Shown here: positions 13,576 to 24,400 of the stretch, piece after piece
How the letters are laid out: the number at the start of each line of letters is the position of its first letter
How positions within the stretch are numbered: position 1 is the stretch's first letter
Source: Klebsormidium nitens
Taxonomy: Eukaryota; Plantae; Klebsormidiophyceae
Reading direction: 5' to 3'
DNA: 64,000 bases
NCBI GenBank assembly: GCA_000708835.1
Contig: DF237154.1
Coordinates: 1-64,000, forward strand
Program-made: the position numbers and the translations under genes
Notes under the pieces: generated by a model
The model's database searches: none
What the model was told of the DNA's origin: nothing
Seen by the model: the letters and a program-made list of their open reading frames with translations, nothing else

Positions 13576-14453
13576 CTTTGATCCGAGCGCCAATGACAGC
13601 CGCTGAGCGCCAAAAAGAGCGTCGACTAGGATAAAGCGCCGAGCGCCGGGGAAGAAAGTAGCGCTTCACGGCCAAGCCTTCTTCCGCTTGGCATGCCCAT
13701 CGTTCCGCTCCGGGTTTGAAAAGAAAGGATCCCGTCTCTAGTTTGCTGGTCCCGCTGCACTCCGCCCGGAGCCTTCCGCCAGAAGCCTGACGTTGGGCCC
13801 ATCCGTTGCGATCTTGTGCCGCCCCAATTTGTTTCAAATCTCAATGGGTGTCACTACTCTAAGGAAATAGGCGGCGGCCACGGTTCCGTTCCGCCGATAC
13901 TCAACCGGACCCTCGTTCCGCTGGTGCCAGTCAGCCGATTCTTTCCGCTCAGCTGGCGGCCGCCATCTTCATTACGATGGAACCGGGCCCACTTTCGCTG
14001 CAGCGCCGCGCCCCGGTCTGTCATTACACTGTGTGCCGAACCAGCCAAGCGGTCGGGGGTCGTGCGCGAGCCTTTATAACCAGTCCAGTCCGCTATTCGC
14101 AGGTACGTCATATCGGTCTAAAACTGGGTCGATTTCGATGCGACGCGCCCCGCCGCCGGCCACTCCGATGCACGGCCCCCCACGCCTTTCGATTGCGCGC
14201 GAGCCTGAACCGAACTGTTCCGCTAGCTCGCGGCACATTCCGGTGGCATTCAACATCGGTCACCGGGACAAGGAAGAGCGCCTAGCGCCAGCCCGGTTGG
14301 TCATTCTCCGCTCTGACCGGGTGTCAAGCGAGTTACCTTGCAGAGCGACTTTGACCTCCGGGGCACGCTCAAAAGAATCAGGGCCCTGTTCCGAAGCGAG
14401 ATGGCTTGCGAGCTGGCGGAACGGACCGGCTGAGGCTCGCGCGCAACGTAACG

Positions 14454-14633
14454 CACAGGGGTTTTTGGCCGTTGACCACAGTTGGTTACGGGCTGGTTCG
14501 AAGCTGGTTAACTGTTCAATGACCAGACTCGAGCAGTAACCAGGTTTTTAACGTGGCTATTTCGCGGTTATTGGTCAAAGAACCAGATTGAAGTTTGGTT
14601 ATCGAACCTGGTTAGCAACCAAACCTTCCTGTG
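14454..14633. mobile_element. 180-bp non-autonomous DNA transposon (MITE) with CACAG...CTGTG ends and 3-bp TSD (CACTA/CMC-like)
   Basis: Left end CACAGGGGTTTTTGG; right end reads CACAGGAAGGTTTGG on the other strand. Flanked by ACG on both sides (14451-53, 14634-36). Internal AACCAG/CTGGTT repeats in both orientations. The paralogous site in copy C (~20103-20125) lacks the insert. Confidence 0.8.
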
Positions 14634-15694
14634 ACGACCTGGCTGGGCTTGCAGCGGGACGGCCAATCGGGGGCATGCCGCGAAGCAACAGGTTCCCGGT
14701 CCGAAGCGGAATGGCCCCGAGCTGACGGAACGGACCGGTTGAGGCCCTGCGCGCATCGTGACGGCCTGGCTGGCCCGGCGGACAGCGGAATGACCAAGCG
14801 GGGCGCGTTACAGCGGAAGTGTCCGGGCCAATTCTACTGAAACTTAAGTGGCGGCCGCCCTCTAAAGTAGGGGGAACGGATTCGCTTATACTGGCCCCAG
14901 CGGAACGAGGGTCCGGTTGAGAACCGCGGAACGGACTTGTGGCCGCCAGCTTTGTTGGTCGACAGCGCCTTCAAATGTCTCCGATCGACGCTTGTTCCGA
15001 CAATATCTTTAACGCTCTCGTTGGCGCTCAGCCGCTTATCCGAAGCGCTCATCTCGACGCAATCCTCGGCTATCCTGGGCTATCGTTGTATGATCCTCGA
15101 GGCTGTTTCCGGCGTTACCATTCTCTGCGCTACCCTCGACTCTCAGAACCATTCTCGAAGCTACCCTTGGGGATATCTCGACGCTCCCGGAGGTATCTTG
15201 TCCGACCTATCTTAGTTCGACGCCCACATGAAGGGTACAAACAAGGGAGAAAGGCTGCTCTCTGCACGACGGGGCAGTCTTGTTTTCTGTGTGCGTCTTA
15301 GTACATCAGAAACCTGATTCCGTCCCAAGTAGGATTGACCAAGGAGCAGCCAGCATTTGGGCTTTGCAAGAAGTTTCCATACAAGGGGCTGGATACTTTT
15401 GCGTACTTCCTCTCTGACAACTGCAGTCTTCCTTTACCTCAAGCTTTAACCTTCTATCAGACCATCAACGGCGCTGGCGGTACGACAGACAAGCTAGCCC
15501 GAGCCCGCCGTAGCGACCACCTCGTGATCGCTCTATGAGAATAGAAAGAACAACCGCAAAGCACGGCATGCAGCGAACCCGTGAAAGACAAAGCCACAGC
15601 GGACCCGGCACGCGATAAGGCGGTGCAAAACCCGCTTGCTTTCACAGAGACAAGTCAAGGTCTCGGCGCTACCTCTGAGAGGATTGGCTTCACT

Positions 15695-18600
15695 ATGGCA
15701 ACGGCCTTCTTCCCGACTACTCCACTGAGAATGCTGCTGAAGATTCTCGCCCTATTGGGGGCCGCGCAGGGAGCGTTGGCGCAATATTCATGTAAGCCAC
15801 CTACTTTCTAATGAGAGGGCAATCCAGGTCGTGCTGAAAACCAGAGATGATGCACCGAGCTTTGAATCCATTTCACGCATCAATTTGCATGAAAGTTCGT
15901 TTCGACCCGAAATACTGCATCCAAGAACTTCGTAAGACAACCCTGAACCCGCCAATGCTAACTTAGGTGTTTACATTGAATATTTTAAGTGGTTGAGCAG
16001 ATTTCCCTGATATTGCTTCACTTTCCCAATGATGGCCCGCAACTCGGAAGCCGAGAACAATCTTTCCCCTATTTTCATTGTTGCACATGCTAGAAATGAT
16101 TCTCAGTGAAAGATTAGCTAAGCATCTTTCCCCGTTGTCGCAAACCACGTTCTGTTACAGGAACTTGGCAAGGAATGTTGTCTGAAGAAAAGCCGTCGAA
16201 GGGTTGGTTCCGTCTCACATTCGAGTTTTAGTAAACATGTTCAGTGAGCAATCTCTGTCAGAGTGGGGTAAAGACTTACCCACCTGTGTTGACGCCGTCC
16301 AGAACACTTCAAGAGATCATGAGTCAATCCTGCAACTTTCAATAAGGCTAATGCAATAAGCTTGAGGTGCTCGGACTTCATTTCCAACAACCAGATTGAA
16401 CGTTTAACAGTTGCGCGTTCGTTGTCTTTTCCAGCCGCTGGAGCATGTCCGTCTACAGCCCAAGACCCAGCCGTCCCTCTTGTCGAAGTCGTGTGCTCCG
16501 TCGGGACACCTCCGTACAATGACTACGAGTGCCATTACGACACAAATGGAGAATCCTTTTCTCTTTACATTGCGCTGAATTACCAGTGCCCAATATCGAC
16601 CAATCCAACAGGTAGTATACCCCAACCTTGAAGGCTCGCTTTGCATTTCGCTTTGCCTATCAGCAGGCGGAAGGTTGCAATTTGATCAGTGTACGATTCG
16701 TTTGTTCTTTCATAGAAACATGTCTGAAGCCGGTCAAAGAACCCCTACTTCGCGCCGCTTCGTTTGTTAACGTTTATGATAGCAGCCGCCTGATGGATTG
16801 GCTCAGGATACTCTCTCCACCAGTCTTCGTTTGCTGAGCGAAGCACGTGACTCGTTGCAGGCTCTAGCCTCTCTGACCGGAGACTCTCCGGAAACGCGTG
16901 CCCTTTGGTTGGATACGTCGCCTTGTCCCCACAAGCGCTCCGAAGGATTGCTTGTGTCTATGACATCCCAAACGCGAGCCCTTACAATATAGTCACGTGT
17001 GAATACGACGTCCGCTCCGGAAAAGTGATGGATCTCGGCGTCGAGCCCCTCTGTCCTGGTGAGGGATGCGCAGTAGCAAGGCGTGGTCATAAAACTCAAG
17101 AAAGATGATAATGAGCCAAGATAATTGTAAGCTCCGACTAAAACTAACAACCCTGACTCAAAAAAGTACCTGATCCGCACCCATACCCACCCTAACCACC
17201 AAACCAACCTTGCCCGTCCCAGTGCAGTTATGTTTTTATTGTCTCCGCTTATTAGTACTTTTTCGGGTTCAAGACCCTGGCTTGACAATTGGCCAATAAA
17301 GATTGCCGCGTACTTGCGGTTCAGTTCAGCTGACATTGGCTACAGGCTTTTACATGTGATCTGCGAGAGCTGGGTTCCTTTCGGAGATCAGGTGTCCAAA
17401 CGTGTCCTGACGACGCCAATGCCACATTTGTAGGCTCCACGTTTTTGGTTTGTTCTAGTTAGGACGGATGTGCACCGTCATCTTGGGGAGCAATAATTGC
17501 AAGGCATCTAGTGCACAAGCAGTGGACCTGCTGACACTCTTGAAAATCTGCCAGTTGTAGGTACACTGTTTGGGAGTTCAAAAGCGGTCATATATATCGA
17601 GTCATCATAAGAGTTTGCTGAGTCGCAAGCACTACCTAACGTTTCTGTTTGCGAAAGAAGTACGGCTTCTGATGATACTTATGATGATGATGATAACGAT
17701 ACTCAGCTGGCGCTCATTGCCCTCTTCAAAACATATCTGTTTAGAACTGGACTTCCGCCACTAACCAGGCTCACCTTAAAGAGTCCTGTGGTTTCACAAC
17801 AAGACATCTGTTTTGCAGACGCTCTCGTACCCTTCCCCAAACCAACGGCCCCCCTGCTTCCATCCCCTTCGCCCACTCCAACCTCTACGCTAGCAAATGG
17901 TGAAGCAAATCAACTTTGAGAAGAATTTCTTATCAGTCTCAGGTTGCAAAGTTCAAGATTCATTAAGACAGCTTGCTTCAGCCAAGGTGATTCTGTGCAA
18001 GGTCTCGATTCCTGATCCCTCTTCCGAGTCTCTTGAGGCCAGCAACCGACGCACTGATGCGTACCTATATTTTCAAGCTTCTGATGGCGGTGATTAGAAT
18101 TCTCGGTTAGTGAGTTGCACGTAGACTCGACGCAACTCAACTCCTCTCAAAGCCTTGCTTACGTGCCTTGCTTACGTGCCTTGCTTCTACTCAACAGGAG
18201 CCTCGTCTCCCTAACGGACACAAAAAGCTTGCACCTCACAGGGTGCGAATGTCTCCGTTAACGGCCTTATGTCTTAGCCCTGTCTAGCCATGTAACGGTA
18301 CTGTGAAGATGTTCTAACTTCAATGTGAAGGATTAACCCTTTTTCAACCTGTACGATCCGACAACTCGCAGCTTCAACCATTGGTGCTCTTGTCGGATGC
18401 ACCCCCGGGAATGGAACGAACTCCGGGTGCCCCGCCGGGTGTGCTTGCGGCCGTTACTTGGGTGACGCTTTGGCAGGTGATTATCACTACTAGACCCCAA
18501 TGTTGCATCCAGAGAATCTTATATCGATTGTTACCAAGACGATTTGGCGCGAATTGAAACGGGTACTCGAAAGTGTTTCTCCACCTCAAGGCCGAATGTG

Positions 18601-18871
18601 ATTCTCGCGCGCACGCCATGTCGGCATTCTGTGACGACACCTGAGCTCTGCTATCCCTACGTCTCTGCCAGGTCCGACCGTCTGTCAGGCAGGCGTGACC
18701 TGTGCCAGCTGTCTTACGGGCTGCGACACCAACTGGAACTGCTCCCCCGGTTACAACTGCGCCGGCGGGTGTGGCGGCGCTCCTCCCCCGACGTCCGTAC
18801 TGAAGCAAGGATTCAAAGGCATATGCCTGCCCAACTGCGGCACCCAGCCGAATGCTACTAGCGGCTGTTAG
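15695..18871 (+). CDS. Secreted modular Cys-rich protein, copy B (285 aa, intact)
   Basis: Exons 15695-15791, 16435-16611, 16861-17058, 17819-17899, 18372-18476, 18672-18871 total 858 nt, open frame, GT-AG, all introns phase 1. Signal peptide MATAFFPTTPLRMLLKILALLGAAQGALA, two 4-Cys modules, a Pro/Ser linker and a 14-Cys C-terminal region ending CGTQPNATSGC*. Confidence 0.88.
17081..17273. mobile_element. ~190-bp dispersed repeat inserted in intron 3 of copy B
   Basis: Absent at the homologous position of copy C (22861-22870). An inverted homologue sits at ~27793-27990. Weak terminal inverted similarity (GGTCATAAAACTCAAGAAA / GGTCTTGAACCCGAAAAA). Confidence 0.55.
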
Positions 18872-19999
18872 AAGAGTACATGTGTGGAGCGGCAGTGGAC
18901 TCATCACAGTCACTGATTTGCATGTGGCATTCGACGGAGCTACATGAAGAACTCTCGTTTTAAGAAGGGAGAAGAGGGAGTTAAGTGGCTTGAATGAAGT
19001 ACGTCTTATGGTTCTGGCTTTCCAATCGGGCCGAATAAGGGGTCGGATCGGACTCTTTAATGCAACGCCATTGAGAGGCCGGCAGAGTCTCTAAAACTTT
19101 GACCAGGCGTAACCTCCAAATATTAAAAACGTGGCCCTTCGTCCTGAAATGAAGTTGGGCTCCCTTTGGCCCGAACATGAAGTGTATCAATGAATAGACA
19201 GGAGACGTAACTGCAAACGTAAGCTCCAACTGTACGGGGCCGCCTTGGTTCAGGTCATCCGATTTCACCGCGGAGTGATCACATGCCACGAAACCCCACT
19301 AAAGTAGCACCTAAATTCGAGCTCTGCATAGAAGGCAGTGCAACTACACGTGCAGGTGTGGCCTCGTCACAGTCCCAGCTATATTCTGGTTTTTGAGTCG
19401 GTCAAATCCGGAGCCCTGCTCTCTGCAAATTGCGCTGTTGGGCCCCACGGTATACCTTGAGCTCAACGGCTGAGATGTAACAGTGGTATGATCTTCAAAA
19501 AACAGAAATAAGGAAAAGCAGCCAACTTCACCCCGAATAGGTTGATTCCAGTCCCTTTTTATTGGGTCATGCCTCATGCGTTACGGCTGACAGGTCCATA
19601 AGGATTCTAAGTGCAGAAGCGGCCGAACTTCAAAAAGAGAAGGCCATTCCTTTCGATTTCATACATGAAAGTCGCTTCGGGCCGGAAAATCCTTGGGCTC
19701 TTGTTGAGCGGCCGGGCAAGCTGCTGGCGTTCGTATTCTGGCGGCCACGTCTGAAAGGGAGTCGCTAGCGTTGACTGGTTGTGTGCTTCTGAATCCCAAG
19801 ACTTCTCACCGAACGTCGTTCGTTTCCGCGACTTAGTAGCTACTTTCGTTCCAGTAGACGTTGCAGTCGCAGCGAAACAATTGGCCGGGTGCATCGGCAA
19901 GCAGGGGTCCCGACTCGGGGCGGAGCGGTGCCGTTGGAAGCGCCGCGACAGTGCTGTAGTGAACAAAGCCCGCACCGGAACCACCGAACTGCCCCGTGC

Positions 20000-20420
20000 A
20001 GCGGATTTGCCGATCGGGGCGCGCCTAAGTGGAACCAGGGCCCGTTTCTGAAGCTATGGCTTGCGAGCTAGCGGAACGGACCGGCTGAGGCTCCTCGCGC
20101 GCAACGGAACGGCCTGGCGGGGCTTGCGACGGGACGGCAGACCGAGGCACGCTGAAGCGAAATGGGGCCCGTTTTCGGACCGGAAAGGCCCACGTCCTGA
20201 AGGAACGGACCTGCTGAGGCTCGCGCGCAATATGAAGAGTGCCTCGCTTGCAGCGTAACGGCCAATTGGGGGCACGCCGCGAAGCAACAGGGTCCCGTGC
20301 CGAAGCGGAATGGCCCCGAGCTGACGGAACGGACCGGTTAAGGCTTGCGCGCATCGTGACGGCCTGGCTGGCCTGGCCGATAGCGGAATAACCGACCGGA
20401 GCGCGCTGCAGCGGAATTGC
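20000..20420 (+). repeat. ~125-130-bp tandem unit x3 containing GGAACGGACC(G/T)G(C/T)T(G/A)AGGCT..GCGCGCA; two units at 14340-14800 and two inverted units at ~13990-14240
   Basis: Core motif starts at 20073, 20202 and 20326. In copy B it starts at ~14417 and ~14727, 127 bp apart once the MITE plus TSD is removed. Confidence 0.75.
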
Positions 20421-21335
20421 GCCCGGTTCCGTTGAAGTTTCAATGGCGGCCGCCATCTACAGTAGGCGGAACGGATTCGCTTACACTAGCCCCAGCGGAA
20501 CGAGGGTCCGGTTCGGAAGCGCGGAACGGACCCGTGACCGCCAGCTTTCGTAGGACCAGCACCTTGCAATGACTGGAACAATCTGAGGGCAAGATCAAGA
20601 AAAGAACCATGACCCAGCAGGGTCTCTGGCGGATCGCCTCGGTTCCGTACGCGGAGGCGTTAGCAGAGTTAGGAGTCGGTTCACCACTGAAGCGGAACGA
20701 ACATCGACGGAACGGCTTGGCCGTGGAGCGCTTTTCTCCGTACCTCGGCGCTTAGCGCGCCATCGCGGGAGTGAAGATTTTTCCGAAAATGCCTTCATTG
20801 CTCTCTTCGGCGCTCAGCCGCTTATCCGAAGCGCTCATATGAATGCACTTCGACGCTATCCTCGGCTAAGTCTTCGTATCATCCTCGATGCTGTTTGCGG
20901 CGTTACCATTCTCGGCGCTGTATATCCTCGACGCTCAAAGCTATTCTTGACGCTACCCTCGGCGCTATCCTCGGCGCTCCCCGAGGTATCTAATTGGCCT
21001 ATCTTTGATCGACGCTCACCTCAAGGAAACAAACAACGAGAAAGGCAGCTCTCTGCACGACGGAGCAGCTCTCCTTGTACTGTGTGCGTCTCAACAAAGC
21101 AGAAAGCATGATTTTGTCGCATGGAGCTTTGACCATTTTTTGGCGAGCAGCCAGCGTTTGAGCTTTGCGATATCTTGCCATACAAGGCGCTGGATACTTT
21201 CGCGTAGGTCCTCCCTCAAATTGCAATCTTCCTTTCCCTCAAGCCTTGACCTTCTTTCAGACCCTCAACGGCGCTGGCGGTACAACAGACAATCTAGCCC
21301 ATGAGCCCGCACTAGCGACCCCCTCGTGATCGCTC

Positions 21336-21340
21336 TATAA
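21336..21340 (+). promoter_or_regulatory. Putative TATA box of copy C (TATAA; TATGA at the homologous 15534 in copy B)
   Basis: CTCTATAAG ~160 bp upstream of the ATG, inside a block conserved between B and C. Function not demonstrable from sequence. Confidence 0.25.
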
Positions 21341-21498
21341 GGTTAAGAAGAACACACGCAGAGCAAAGAGGGCGGGCGAACACGTAAAAGACGAAGCCTC
21401 AGCGGACCTGGCACCCGATAAGGCGGTGCGAAGAAGCACGTACTTTCGTAGAGACAAGTAAAGGTCTCGGCGATACTTCTGGGAAGATTGGCATGACT

Positions 21499-24400
21499 AT
21501 GGTAGCGGCCTTCCTCATGGCCACTCCACTGAGAATGCTGCTGACGATTTTGGCCCTATTGGGGGCCGCGCAGGGAGCGGTTGCGCTATATCCATGTAAG
21601 CAACCTATCTTTCAATGAGAGGGCACTTCTAGGCTGAACTGGAGACCAGAGATGATGCATCGAGCTTTGAATCCAGTTTACACATCAGATTGCATGGAAG
21701 GTCGTTTTGAACCGATTATTGCATCCAAGAACTTCATAATACAACCCTGAACCCGACTGCGCTGATTTGTGAAGTGGTTCAGCGGATCCGAGTCTCCATT
21801 GCTTCACTTTCCAAATGATGGCCCATAACTTGGAACCCAAGAACAATCTTTTCCCTATTTTCATTGTTGCACATGCTAGAAATGAACCTCAGTGAAAGAT
21901 TAGCTAAGCATCTTTCCCCGTTGTCGCAAACCACGTTCTGTTACAAGGAATGTTGTCTGAAGAAAAGCCGTCGAAGGGTTGGTTTCGTCTTACATTCGCT
22001 TTTAGTAAACATGTTCGGTGAGCAATCTCTGTCAGAGTGGGCTAAAGACTTACCCACCTGTGTTGACGCCGTCCAGAACACTTCAAGATATCATGAGTCA
22101 ATCCTGCAACCATTCTATAAGGGGACATGCAATAGACTTGACGTGCTCGGAGTCCAGTTCCAACAACCAGTGTTGAACGTTTAACAGTTGCGCTTTCGTT
22201 GTCTTGTCCAGCCGTCGGAGGATGTCCTTCCACAGCCCTATATTCGGACGTCCCTCTTGTCCAAGTTGATTGCTCCATCAGGACATCTCCGGGAACTTCC
22301 TTCGACTGTCATTACAACACAAACGGAGATCCCATAATTATCGGTAGAACTCTCCCGTGCCGAATATCGACCGATCCAACAGGTAGTATACTCAAACCAC
22401 GGAGGCTCGTTTTGCACTTCGCTTTGCCTTGATCTAGCAGACGAAAGATTGCGATTAATGTAGTGCGGGAAACGTTTGAAATGTTCGTTATCCCACAGAA
22501 ACAAGTCTGAAGTTGAAGAGGAGTACTTCACGCCGCTTCGTTTGTTAACCCTTATGATAGCAACGGCCTGATAGAATCAGCTCAGGCTCCGCTGACTTTC
22601 ACTCTTCATTTCCTGAGGGAAGCACGTGAACGTTAACGACGATGTTATTGTTTGCAGGCTCCAACCGGACACTCTCCCGTAACGCGTGCCCGTTGGTTGG
22701 ATTCTTCGGCGGGTCCCCACAAGCTTTCCTGATATCGATGATAACTTGTGTCTATGAATTCCCGAATACGTTCCGATTCTTATGCTACTACGACGTTCGC
22801 TCCGGAGAAGTGTTACACCCTAGCTTCCAATTCCCCTGTCCTGGTGAGGGCTGCGCAGTAACACGGACCCTGGCTTGACGTTGGGCAATTGCCGCGTATT
22901 TGCCGTTCAATCCAGCTGACATTAAATGCGAGCTATAAACGCGATCTGCGAGTGCTGGGTTCTTTGTGGCCCGGCCGGAGATCAGGAGTCGATCCAAACG
23001 TGTCCTGACGACGCTAATACCACATTTGCAGACTTCACGTTTTTGAACTGTTCATTCAAAACATCATTCAGTGCATCCGTCAAGTAAGGACCGATGTGCC
23101 TAGTCATTTTGGGGAGCAATCATTGGATGGCGACTAGTGCACCAGCACCGGGACCTACTGACCTCTTCCAAGTCTGCCACCTGTTGGTACACTGATTGGA
23201 GGGTTTAAAACGGTCATCGAGTCATCATAAGAATCTGCTGAGTTGCAAGTACGTCCTAACCTTCGTTTTGTGGCAAGAGACACGGCTTTGCTGAATGATC
23301 TCATGCTCCTCCGAAACACGCAATGTTGCGCTCTTCAAACCAAGTCTGCTTAGAAGGAAGAACGGGACTTAACCAACAATAACCAGGTCCACTCAGAGTA
23401 GTCCTGTGTTTGTGGATTTCACTACCAGAGATCTGTTTTGCAGCGGCTCTCGTACCCGTGCCACAACCAACGGTCCCGCTTCTTCCTTCCCCCTCCCCTA
23501 CCAACGCATCAACGGTCCCCATTCTCCCTTCCCCTTCCCCCACCAACGCTTCGACGGTCCCCCTTTTACCTTCCCCTTCGCTCACTCCCTCTCCCCCGGG
23601 GATCCTTCTTCCCTCCCCAACGGTTCTCCCTCTGCCCTCCCTTCCGCCCACCCCTATCCTCACGCCACCGATTGGTGAGGCCAACACATACAGGCTGTCC
23701 GTCGTATTGAGCAGTTCTGGCAGCTTGAGACTGCTTGCTCGAAGTGATATCCTGTGCAGATCAAGCTTCATTCCCAACCCTTTCGCGCCCTTCTCCCTCG
23801 GCTCGCAACTTTCTGATGCCATTGATAACTTTGAGGTGACAGGGACGCATGACTCATCTGCCGCTAAATGCGTTGCACGTCGACTCGAAGCAATTTGCCT
23901 CAACTCAACTCATCGCCTGGGTCACGTGTCCTTCTTCTTTACAAGAGTCTTTTCTATTTAATTAGAAAAAAAGACTTGCATTGTCGCAACGGATATGAGA
24001 GACTCCGTTGACGACCTTTTCTTTTCAAACCTGTCACGGTCTGCCTTAACGCAGCTTCGGCCGCTAGCGTTCCTCTACAAGCGTGCACCAACCTGGGGAA
24101 TGGAACGAGCAACGAGTGCACCCGCGGGGCGTGTACGTGCGGCGCTTACGTCGGCGGTACGCTGCCAGGTAGAAACCGAACTTTTCCGACCCCCCAGAAT
24201 ATTTCGCAGCTAACCAAACTGGTTAGGGCGCTAACCAGGCCTGGTTACAGACCGGCCCTGATGGCGGTCTGGCCAGGGCTTAGTTAGCGGAACCTGGTGA
24301 TCAGCAAGAATTGGTTATCAGCAAAAATTTCCTGAAAAAACATACCTTGCCTCGGAATAGCCCCAGATCGACACACCTCTGCCAAGATGTCTCGATGCCG

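Larger units (their letters stand above)
8866..14300 (-). repeat. Inverted duplicated segment (copy A gene plus upstream region), mirror of ~14340-18871
   Basis: The reverse complement of 14780-14945 matches 13870-14010. The 12-bp array and 5' flank at 13150-13620 mirror 15015-15300. Genes A and B are head-to-head; axis near 14.3 kb. Confidence 0.8.

Noticed and set aside
18166-18190. Short perfect tandem duplications (13 bp here, 15 bp at ~37726-37756, 14 bp at ~62411-62441)
   Set aside because: These are ordinary slippage products in non-coding or decayed DNA, with no further structure.
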